Origin: Candidatus Hodarchaeota archaeon
GTDB lineage: Archaea > Asgardarchaeota > Lokiarchaeia > Sigyniarchaeales > SOKP01
Direction of reading: 5' to 3'
NCBI GenBank assembly: GCA_048887165.1
Contig: JBHLJZ010000004.1
Coordinates: 5,538-69,537, forward strand
DNA: 64,000 bases
Of the stretch, positions 9,755-18,185 are shown piece after piece. Made by a program: the position numbers and the translations under genes. Within the stretch, counting starts at the first letter, position 1, and every line of letters starts with the position of its first letter. Below the pieces are notes generated by a model, which worked only from the letters and a program-made list of their open reading frames with translations, was not told the DNA's origin and ran no database searches.

Positions 9755-10264
9755 TTATTCTCTAATTTGAACTTTTGGTTGGATTTTCGAAGCTCCACCG
9801 AAATTAGTTATAACAGGACAATGGGAAAATACTTTTTCCATAAGTTCATCAATTTTTTCTTTAGGAGCATCTGCTTTTATTCTTATAACAGGTTCTAATT
9901 TGTCATAACCCGCAAGTTTTGTATCATCAATTCCAAATATTGCACCGAGGTTAATATGTCCACGTGAGAAAATCTTCATCTCTTTTATTTCAATATTCAT
10001 AATTTTAGCCCAGAATCGTGTGACTGCAATAATACACGCTCCAATAGAAGATAAAATTACCAATAATGGTGAGGGCCCTTTATTTGTACCGTCTAATCCC
10101 CCTGGAGCATCGATAAGTAACTCAAATGGTTCACCTCCGGGATTTCCCATTATACAATTCACTTGCATCCCATCAGATAACATGTCACATTCGATATTAA
10201 AATTCTTTTCTCCCGCGTTCCAATCAGCCTTGATGGCATCATAAGTTTCTTCAAAACTTGGCAT
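9755..10264 (-). CDS. OsmC/Ohr-family protein
   Basis: 169 aa. Two conserved Cys contexts: GPSPLLVILSSIGACIIAV and FSHCPV. Confidence 0.7.
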   Translation of the reverse strand: MPSFEETYDAIKADWNAGEKNFNIECDMLSDGMQVNCIMGNPGGEPFELLIDAPGGLDGTNKGPSPLLVILSSIGACIIAVTRFWAKIMNIEIKEMKIFSRGHINLGAIFGIDDTKLAGYDKLEPVIRIKADAPKEKIDELMEKVFSHCPVITNFGGASKIQPKVQIRE

Positions 10265-10465
10265 ATTTCATCATTTTGACTTTTTTGTTTATGAATAAAT
10301 ATTCATATTCATTTGAATATAAATTCAATAAAATGACTTCTATTTTAAATCTAATTGTTACGATCCTTTTCAAACATTTCATTGATGTTTTATATAAACC
10401 TTTTTAAATATCAACGTCATAATTTGATCTATTAATATTTTATATTAATTTAGAAGTGAAAATAG

Positions 10466-12112
10466 ATGGCGAAAACAAGAACGATAATTTTAAATATTAT
10501 AATAATAGGTATAGCGACTGCAGTCATCTTGATTATCGTAGATATTGCTACCAATTTTTTTGGTAATAGGGATGAACTTCTCCGTTTTTTTAGTCCTTTC
10601 CTTGATTTGGAGAGCTTTTTATCGATATTTAGTATGATTTTTGGTCTCTCACATATTCCTCTTTCAATTATTTTTAGCCTAATTCTTATCTGGAAAAGGA
10701 ATAAAATAAAGGCTTACCCATTTGTCTTAGTAATTTGGATATATCCATTACTTACTTTTTTACCTTTATTTATACCAGTAATGATGGGTCCAGTTGATAT
10801 GTATGAGATGTATACCACTTTCTATTCTTACTTATTTGTAAGTTTTCTTACAATAATTTTACCTGCATTAATTGTTACAATTATAGCATTTTTATTCAAG
10901 AAAAAGAAAAAAGGAATAAAAAGGGAAAGAGTCGGGGAAATAAGTATTAGAGCACCAACAGCTGCCATAAGTTTTCCATTAGAAAGAGAATTAATATTTA
11001 TCAGCTATGCAACAGTCGATTCTAATTTTTTTCAAATTCCAAAACTTACGAGAATATTGACTAGTTATCCAGAAATTGACGAAATTCTTTACTGGGAGTC
11101 AGATATGCACGATGATATTTATAGATATATGGATACTAATCTAAAAAGATGTAAAGTAGTACTTTTATTTTGCTCTAAAAATTCTCTTTATTCCGAAGCA
11201 GTCAATATGGAATGGAGTTCGGCATTAAAATTGAATAAACGGATTATCCCTGTATTTGTAAACCCAGATGACATACCTGCTTTATTAACAACCAAATTAG
11301 GAGTTCAATTTAATGTGAATGATCCTTTTTCTTCAATTGAGGACATTTACAACATGATATTAAAGAAATTAGAAGTTGAATCTGTTCGAGAATTTACACG
11401 TTATATTATACCAAAATGGATAAAAGCAGAGGACTTTTATCTTCAACTTCCTCTTGAAGAGACGGTTGAAGAGACCTTAAGTTTTGAAAGTGATTTTCCT
11501 TCAATTGAATTAGGGATTCAAATTGGATCAATTCTACAGAATAATAATTTTCATGTTCCAGGACTAAAAAAAGCTCTTAAGGCAAAGAAAAAGAAAAAAA
11601 AGAAAGATTCTTCTGAATTAACTGAGGAATCTGAATTTACAAAATTTACTTCTTTTGCGGAATTGCGAGATGATCCAGAAAATGTCGCAATTTTAGTTAA
11701 AATTGAAGAGATAACAGAAAATACTAGTAATGTTTTACTTAATTTAAAAGGAAAAAGAAGTTGGGTGTTAAAAGAAATCTTGAAAGATATCGATCTAAAA
11801 TTAATTGAATTAAAAAGTAAAACAGAGCTTATTCGTAATTATTCCGGAAATGTTATTTCTTTAATGAAAGATTTAACCGATCTCGAAAGGTTCTTAAGAA
11901 AACATCTAGGTTCAAGTATTAAAAATATTGAAGAGCTTATCAAACAATATAAAAACAAAGAAATTGATGAGGAAGAATTTATTATTAAAGGTACTCAATC
12001 CGTCGGAAAGGATTTTATTATAGTATTTCTTAGAAACATTTCTTTAATCCTAAAGGAAAAGAAACAAATAATAGAAAGTAGACCACCTAGTCAAACTCAA
12101 ATTGCATTTTAA
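10466..12112 (+). CDS. Polytopic membrane protein with a cytoplasmic TIR domain and a C-terminal coiled-coil region
   Basis: 548 aa. The N-terminal ~150 aa carry about 4-5 TM helices followed by KKKKKGIKRER. TIR_2-like block (nt ~10991-11370): IFISYATVDS...RCKVVLLFCSKNSLYSEAVNMEWSSALKLNKRIIPVFV. Poly-Lys linker, then a helical tail. Confidence 0.6.
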   Translation: MAKTRTIILNIIIIGIATAVILIIVDIATNFFGNRDELLRFFSPFLDLESFLSIFSMIFGLSHIPLSIIFSLILIWKRNKIKAYPFVLVIWIYPLLTFLPLFIPVMMGPVDMYEMYTTFYSYLFVSFLTIILPALIVTIIAFLFKKKKKGIKRERVGEISIRAPTAAISFPLERELIFISYATVDSNFFQIPKLTRILTSYPEIDEILYWESDMHDDIYRYMDTNLKRCKVVLLFCSKNSLYSEAVNMEWSSALKLNKRIIPVFVNPDDIPALLTTKLGVQFNVNDPFSSIEDIYNMILKKLEVESVREFTRYIIPKWIKAEDFYLQLPLEETVEETLSFESDFPSIELGIQIGSILQNNNFHVPGLKKALKAKKKKKKKDSSELTEESEFTKFTSFAELRDDPENVAILVKIEEITENTSNVLLNLKGKRSWVLKEILKDIDLKLIELKSKTELIRNYSGNVISLMKDLTDLERFLRKHLGSSIKNIEELIKQYKNKEIDEEEFIIKGTQSVGKDFIIVFLRNISLILKEKKQIIESRPPSQTQIAF

Positions 12113-12130
12113 ATTCAATTTCTATTGTTC

Positions 12131-12138
12131 TTTTTTTT
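12131..12138 (+). terminator. Oligo-T tract, candidate archaeal intrinsic terminator
   Basis: T8 run located 19 nt after the stop codon at 12112. Confidence 0.3.
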
Positions 12139-12235
12139 ATAAAATATTTTATAATCTAAAAGAGAAATTTTTTTCACTTTTGGATTGATATTAAGAATTA
12201 TACAGAAAATTAGCTATTTTAAGGTTAGAAAAATC

Positions 12236-12769
12236 ATGGAACAAAAAACTATGTCTGAATCGAAAGTTGAAATCGCTCAGGTTATGTATCCAGAGCATGC
12301 TAACCCTGCTGGAAATGTTCATGGTGGACATATTTTAAAACTCATTGATCAAGCTGGGGCAATTGTTGCAGCAAGGCATACACACAAGAATGTAGTGACA
12401 GCTTCTGTGGATAGAATGGATTTTATCTCTCCCGCTTATGTTGGTAATCTCGTATTTGCAAAAGCATCACTAAATTATGTGGGCAGAACATCTATGGAAG
12501 TGGGAGTCAGAGTTGAAGCAGAATGTTTAAGAACTGGTAGGCATACACATATTGCTACTGCGTACCTTACTTTTGTAGCTTTAGATGAGGATGATAATCC
12601 CACTGAAGTTCCTATCCTCATTCCGGAAAAAGAAGATGAAAAGCGTCGTTATGAAGAAGCTAAAAAAAGAAGAGAACTACGAATCAAAAAAAGAAGGGAA
12701 CATGAGCATCCAGAAGAACCGTGTATCGTAAGACCTAGTAAACTAATTGAATCTGAAAAAAATAATTAA
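12236..12769 (+). CDS. Acyl-CoA thioesterase (hotdog fold, YciA/Acot-like)
   Basis: Motif MYPEHANPAGNVHGGHILKLIDQAGAIVAARH. The track start is TTG 12185. ATG 12236 (MEQKTMSESK) is more plausible. Basic/acidic C-terminal tail. Confidence 0.8.
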   Translation: MEQKTMSESKVEIAQVMYPEHANPAGNVHGGHILKLIDQAGAIVAARHTHKNVVTASVDRMDFISPAYVGNLVFAKASLNYVGRTSMEVGVRVEAECLRTGRHTHIATAYLTFVALDEDDNPTEVPILIPEKEDEKRRYEEAKKRRELRIKKRREHEHPEEPCIVRPSKLIESEKNN

Positions 12770-12910
12770 TTTTTTCCTTATCCTTATATATTTTAAGTTA
12801 TTACAGTTGTGTAAAGATTTTTAAAGATATATAACCTAATCAATAATTAACAATCCAATGTATTAACTTAATTATATCAAAAATCTTAAAGCCAAATTTG
12901 GTGCATTTCA

Positions 12911-14545
12911 TTGAAAAAAGGGAAGATACTATTTTTCAGTTTATATATTTCTGGTCTTTTTTTATTGCTATTTATTCCACTTATTTGGGGAAATTTTTTT
13001 TCTAACTCGTGGTTTTATCATTTAGGAGATTCTTTTAGCTCGGTAGCAATTTCTTCTGATGGGGAATATATAGTAGCTGGGGCTTTTAATGGTAGAGTAT
13101 ATCTCTTCGATAAGGATAGCAGAAAACCACTATGGTCTTATGAAACTGGTCATGAAATAACATCAGTAGCCATTTCATCTAATGGTGATGATATTGTTGC
13201 TGGTAGTAGGGATCGAATGGTTTATATGTTCAATAAGTTAGTTTCCACCCCTTTATGGAGTTATAATACTGGAGCAGATGTGTTATCTGTTGCAATATCT
13301 TCTGATGGTAATTATCTCGTATCCGGAAGTGAAAATGGTAATGTTATCCTATTTGAGAAATCCAGTTCTACTCCCTTATGGAGCAATTCGACAGGATACG
13401 AGATAAAAAATTTAGATATCTCGTCTGATGGACAAAATATTGTTGCAATAGGACAATTTTTTACATTTTATTTATTCAATAAGACAAGTCCTATTCCTGA
13501 ACTTAGTTATTCTCTAACCGATTACCCTATTTCAGTAGCAATAAGCTCAGATGGAAAGTCTATTGTCGCCGGTACTGTAGATGATAAAGTATATTTATTT
13601 AGCAACTCTAGTTCTACTCCTCTATGGACATATAGTGGGTACGACGAAATTCGTTCCGTGTCGATTTCCTCAAACGGACAATATATTGCGGCGGGAGGTT
13701 TAGGTCAATATGTTTATTTTTTTGAAAATTCAAGTTCCACCCCATTATGGACCTATAGAACGTTTAATAATGTAGAATCTGTTTCTATATCATCAAATGG
13801 AGATTATTTAGCTGCAGGTACTTTTGGCTCTGGAGAACAACAAAAATCATATTGTTTTCATAAATCAAGTCAATCTCCTTTATGGACTGTCCAAGGTGGA
13901 GGGAAAACTGCAATTTCCTCAAATGGAAAATACATTGCCTCCATACCAGGCCTTAAATTATTCTTCTTTGAAGTAGAGAGCCAATTTAATCTTTCTGATT
14001 TTAATACTTATACAATGATTGTTTTGACTATTGGGGGTGTGGGATTAGTCATTTCTATAATTGTTGTTGTTGCAAGAAGGAAGAAACTAAAAGCGAGAGG
14101 CATTCGAGTATTTATCAGCCATGCTGTAGATGATTTCAGTAAATATAGAATAGAAGAGATAGCTAAGTACTTAGAATCCCATCCAGAAATTAATCATGTA
14201 TACTACTGCGAAGAAGACCTTACGGGAAATATAGATGACTGGATGAGAAAAACTGTTCCAAGGTGTCAACTTTTAATATTTTTCTCAACAGAAAATGCTT
14301 TGAAGTCAGAAGATTGCATGAATGAATTAAAAATAGCACGTAAGCTCAATATTCAAATTACTCCTGTTTTAGGAGTTAATTTAAAATGGGAAGATTTAGA
14401 AAACTTGAATATTAACCGGGAACTTGGACAAGAATTTGATCCAATGGAATTTGATCAATTTAAAGAAAGTATCTATAATTATATCATAAAATTCGCTCAA
14501 GATCTAGAAAAAGAAATCCTTGAGAAAAAAAAAATTAAAAAATAA
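12911..14545 (+). CDS. Type-I membrane protein: 8-bladed beta-propeller-like ectodomain, single TM, cytoplasmic TIR domain
   Basis: 544 aa. N-terminal signal/anchor. Eight ~40-aa repeats (SVAISSDG.YIVAG...VYLF...S.PLW.Y). TM helix MIVLTIGGVGLVISIIVVVA followed by RRKKLKAR. TIR block from nt ~14105: RVFISHAVDD...RCQLLIFFSTENALKSEDCMNELKIARKLNIQITPVLG. Confidence 0.7.
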   Translation: MKKGKILFFSLYISGLFLLLFIPLIWGNFFSNSWFYHLGDSFSSVAISSDGEYIVAGAFNGRVYLFDKDSRKPLWSYETGHEITSVAISSNGDDIVAGSRDRMVYMFNKLVSTPLWSYNTGADVLSVAISSDGNYLVSGSENGNVILFEKSSSTPLWSNSTGYEIKNLDISSDGQNIVAIGQFFTFYLFNKTSPIPELSYSLTDYPISVAISSDGKSIVAGTVDDKVYLFSNSSSTPLWTYSGYDEIRSVSISSNGQYIAAGGLGQYVYFFENSSSTPLWTYRTFNNVESVSISSNGDYLAAGTFGSGEQQKSYCFHKSSQSPLWTVQGGGKTAISSNGKYIASIPGLKLFFFEVESQFNLSDFNTYTMIVLTIGGVGLVISIIVVVARRKKLKARGIRVFISHAVDDFSKYRIEEIAKYLESHPEINHVYYCEEDLTGNIDDWMRKTVPRCQLLIFFSTENALKSEDCMNELKIARKLNIQITPVLGVNLKWEDLENLNINRELGQEFDPMEFDQFKESIYNYIIKFAQDLEKEILEKKKIKK

Positions 14546-14557
14546 ATGAAAAAATAA

Positions 14558-14580
14558 TTTTTTTTAAATTTTCTTTTTTT
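14558..14580 (+). terminator. Oligo-T tracts, candidate archaeal terminator
   Basis: T8 (14558-14565) and T7 (14574-14580) directly after the stop at 14545. Confidence 0.35.
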
Positions 14581-14841
14581 AAAATTCTTCTTCAGATGGA
14601 ATATATCAAATAGGAAAAATAAGTTTACTTTGAACTTAGAATTATGGATAGCAAGGCCCATTGAATTTTAAACTTATATTCTAAATATTTGTTTCAGAAA
14701 AAAGTATACTTGTGCTTAATTTACGCCTAAATTGTTTTTTTAAGTAAATGATGTCAAATTTTAAATCTTAACAAAAGCGTTAAATACTCTTTAGTCAAAT
14801 ATTGAATATTAAAATTAAAACATAAATGCTAACTTTTAATT

Positions 14842-17800
14842 ATGTCCAAAACAAATCAAAAAAAATTGCAAAATTATAAAGCCTTAATCGTTGTTTTTTT
14901 AATCTTGGCGATTTATACTGAAATTACCATTATAGGTATTAACATAGCTCCCTTAGATAAGGCTAAAGAGATAGATGTAAAAAGCTATATTTCTCCAAAA
15001 ACAAGTTCACAATCAGTTTCACCCGTAGAACTTGGTCAATATTATGATGAATACAATTATACTAACGATGTGTTTGTGGATGGAGACATTGCTTATATAT
15101 CAGATTTTAAAGATGGTTTGGAAATTATTAATGTAAGTGATCCTACTAATCCTACAAAATTAGGGAATTATACTACTAGTAATTGGGCCAAAAGTGTATT
15201 TGTATCAAATGATGTTGCATACATATCAATTGGATCCAGTTGGGATAGGCATATGGAAATTATTAATGTAAGCGATCCAACAAATCCAGTATTGTTATCT
15301 ACTATAACAGATTTTGGAAATTCAGTATTTGGTCAGGATGTCCTTGTTTCTGGAGGCATAGCATACTTAGCTGATTCTATGGAGGGTCTAGTAATATATA
15401 ATGTCAGTAACCCTTCTAATCCTAAATTCTTAAGTAAGCTAGGTGATTCTAATAATTTTTCTAGAAGTATTAAGATAGCTGGTAATATTGCTTATTTAGT
15501 TGAATGGGAAGACGGATTAGAAATTATAAACGTAAGTGATCCATATCATCCCGAAGAGATAACGAATTTTAATGATGGAGGGGGTTATTGGGATATAGCG
15601 ATAGAAGGAGATTTAGCCTATATAACAGATTTAAATGGTGGATTTAGAATCTTTGATATAAGTGATCCAACTAATCCTAAGAAATTATGTTATTTTAATG
15701 AAGGTGATACATCAGCATCAGGAATTTCGATATTCGGAAATATTGCTCTCCTATCAGCAGGATCTAATGGTACAAAAATAATTGACATAAGTGATCCATT
15801 CAATCCATATAAATTAGGGGTTTATAACGATGGCGGCTCATCTGCAGCTACATTTATTTCAAGAAATTTAATTTATGTGGCAGATCGAACTGATGGGTTA
15901 GAAATTATAGATCTTAACTTTCAAACAGGGCAATGGTTAACACCCTCTTTATTAAGTAAATGTGGTGATGATTATAATAATACTCAAAATGTGTTTGTTT
16001 CTGGTGACATCGCATATGTATCAGATGATGCTGATGGATTGGAAATTATTAATGTAAGTAATCCCTTTAGCCCTGTACTTTTAGGAAAATTTGGAGATTC
16101 TTATAATAGTACCATGAATGCATTCATTTCTGATGAGATTGCCTATATAGCCGATGAAAATGATGGTTTAGAAATCGTTAATGTAAGTAATCCTTCTAAT
16201 CCTTATGAAATTGGATATTTTAATGATGGGGGTATAGTTCAGGATGTATTTATCTCTGGTGGTATTGCATATGTTTTAGATGCGGTAGACGGATTAGAAA
16301 TTGTTAATATAACTGATCTCACAAATCCGACAGAAATAGGTGAGCTAGGTACCATTCCGCTTTGGTGTTTTGATATTGCTGTTTATGGGAATATTGCTTA
16401 TATAGCTACTGAAAGTGGAATGGTTATAGTTGATGTGAGTAATTCTTCAAATCCTATAATGTTGGGTAGTTATTATGACGGAGGAATTAGTGTTTGGGGC
16501 AGTGCTATTAGCTTTTATAATGATATAGTTTACTTTACTGAGGGCGCTCATGGTTTAGAAATGATTGATGCGAGTAATTTAAGTTCACCTAAATTACTAG
16601 GAAAATTTGGAAATGGTACATACCCAGACAATAATTCGAAGGGAATTTTTATTTCGGGAAATTTTGCTTATATTGCAGATGATAATGACGGATTAGAAGT
16701 AGTTGATGTAAGTGATCCAAGCAATCCTATTGAAGTAACAAGTTTTAATGATGGTGGGATTGCAAATGGTGTATATTTTTCGAAGAATATAGTATATATT
16801 GCTGATGAAGAACAAGGTTTAGAAATTATTGATACAGGATTAGATAATGATGATGATGGGCTAAGCAATGTAGAAGAATTTATTACATACTCAACTAATT
16901 TAAATAATGCAGATACAGATGGAGATAATATCAATGATTTCGATGAAATTAATACATATTCTACTGATCCCAATGATGATGATAGTGATGATGATAATCT
17001 TAACGATGGAGAAGAATTAATATTTTCTACTGATCCCAATGATGATGATAGTGATGATGATGGGTTAAATGATGGAGCTGAAGTGAATACGTATTTTACT
17101 GATCCAAATGATAACGATCACGATAATGATGGTATATTAGACGGAGAAGAGACAATAGCAGGCTCAGATGGATATATAACTAATCCAACTGATAATGATT
17201 GCGATGATGATGGATTGCTAGACGGAGCAGAAACAATAACTTATCTAACGAATCCATTAAATCCAGATTCTGATTATGATGATTTACCTGATGGCTGGGA
17301 AGTCCAACATTCACTCAATCCAAATTCACCCAATAGAAACGAAGACCCAGATGTAGATGGTTTAACTAATTATGAAGAATTTCAGCATGGAACGGATCCC
17401 AGATTAGAAGATACTGATGGAGATGGGTATTCAGATGGCGCTGAAGTAGCTGCTGGCACAGATCCTTTGGATCCTAACAACTTTCCATTCAGTATTTGGG
17501 ATTTTTTTAGAAGATTTGGATTATTAATTGGAATTGCTGTTATTTCTGTGGCAATTGTAGCTGCTGTTGCTATTCGAAGGAAATCAATCCAAGCTAAAAA
17601 ACTCCGAGTTTTTATAAGCCATGCTGTTGATGACTTTAGAAGTTATAGAATTGCTGATATTGCTAAATTTCTCGAATCACAAAAAGAAATCTCTCATGTA
17701 TATTATTGTGAAGAAGATCTAGTAGGGAACATTGATGACTGGATGAAAAAAACAGTACCTCGTTGTCAGCTTTTAATTTTCTTTTCAACAGATAAATCAT

Positions 17801-18057
17801 TAAATTCAATGGATTGTATGAATGAAATCAATCTTGCTCGAAAACATGGTTTACAGATTACCCCTGTCTTAGGAATTAATTTAAGATGGGAAGATTTAGA
17901 AAAGTTAAATGTAAATAGAGAACTTGGAAAGGAATACGATCCGATGCAATTTGAAAAATTATGTAATGAATTATATGGCTATGCTTTAAAATTCAAAGAA
18001 GATTTAGAAAAAGAAGCTCAAGAAAAAAAAAATGATAGAAAAAGAATGAAAAAATAA
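14842..18057 (+). CDS. Type-I membrane protein: LVIVD-repeat beta-propeller(s), TSP3-like Ca-binding repeats, single TM, cytoplasmic TIR domain
   Basis: 1071 aa. N-terminal anchor. About 12 repeats of the form A.(I/V).D..DGLEI(I/V)NVS(D/N)P.NP..LG (LVIVD-type). D-rich DxDxDG..D.(E) repeats (nt ~16840-17490). TM helix LLIGIAVISVAIVAAVAI followed by RRK. TIR block from nt ~17605, about 70% identical to that of 12911-14545. Confidence 0.75.
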   Translation: MSKTNQKKLQNYKALIVVFLILAIYTEITIIGINIAPLDKAKEIDVKSYISPKTSSQSVSPVELGQYYDEYNYTNDVFVDGDIAYISDFKDGLEIINVSDPTNPTKLGNYTTSNWAKSVFVSNDVAYISIGSSWDRHMEIINVSDPTNPVLLSTITDFGNSVFGQDVLVSGGIAYLADSMEGLVIYNVSNPSNPKFLSKLGDSNNFSRSIKIAGNIAYLVEWEDGLEIINVSDPYHPEEITNFNDGGGYWDIAIEGDLAYITDLNGGFRIFDISDPTNPKKLCYFNEGDTSASGISIFGNIALLSAGSNGTKIIDISDPFNPYKLGVYNDGGSSAATFISRNLIYVADRTDGLEIIDLNFQTGQWLTPSLLSKCGDDYNNTQNVFVSGDIAYVSDDADGLEIINVSNPFSPVLLGKFGDSYNSTMNAFISDEIAYIADENDGLEIVNVSNPSNPYEIGYFNDGGIVQDVFISGGIAYVLDAVDGLEIVNITDLTNPTEIGELGTIPLWCFDIAVYGNIAYIATESGMVIVDVSNSSNPIMLGSYYDGGISVWGSAISFYNDIVYFTEGAHGLEMIDASNLSSPKLLGKFGNGTYPDNNSKGIFISGNFAYIADDNDGLEVVDVSDPSNPIEVTSFNDGGIANGVYFSKNIVYIADEEQGLEIIDTGLDNDDDGLSNVEEFITYSTNLNNADTDGDNINDFDEINTYSTDPNDDDSDDDNLNDGEELIFSTDPNDDDSDDDGLNDGAEVNTYFTDPNDNDHDNDGILDGEETIAGSDGYITNPTDNDCDDDGLLDGAETITYLTNPLNPDSDYDDLPDGWEVQHSLNPNSPNRNEDPDVDGLTNYEEFQHGTDPRLEDTDGDGYSDGAEVAAGTDPLDPNNFPFSIWDFFRRFGLLIGIAVISVAIVAAVAIRRKSIQAKKLRVFISHAVDDFRSYRIADIAKFLESQKEISHVYYCEEDLVGNIDDWMKKTVPRCQLLIFFSTDKSLNSMDCMNEINLARKHGLQITPVLGINLRWEDLEKLNVNRELGKEYDPMQFEKLCNELYGYALKFKEDLEKEAQEKKNDRKRMKK
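16959..17061. repeat. 66-bp-period tandem repeat inside the TSP3-like coding region
   Basis: The 37-nt string ttctactgatcccaatgatgatgatagtgatgatgat occurs perfectly at 16959-16995 and again at 17025-17061. It encodes STDPNDDDSDDD. Confidence 0.9.
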
Positions 18058-18185
18058 ATAAATCTATTATTTTTTATTTTATAACAATATTAATTTTAAG
18101 TATCAATATTTCCAGTATAATTTAATAGAAAATAATTTATTTTTGTTCTAAATTAAGAAATAAAATAAAATAAAATTTAAATTTT

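Noticed and set aside
11581-11610. A-rich tract encoding KAKKKKKKKD in the first TIR protein, considered as a slippage or frameshift site or a pseudogene break.
   Set aside because: The reading frame is continuous through it and both flanks look like real coding sequence. There is no evidence of disruption.
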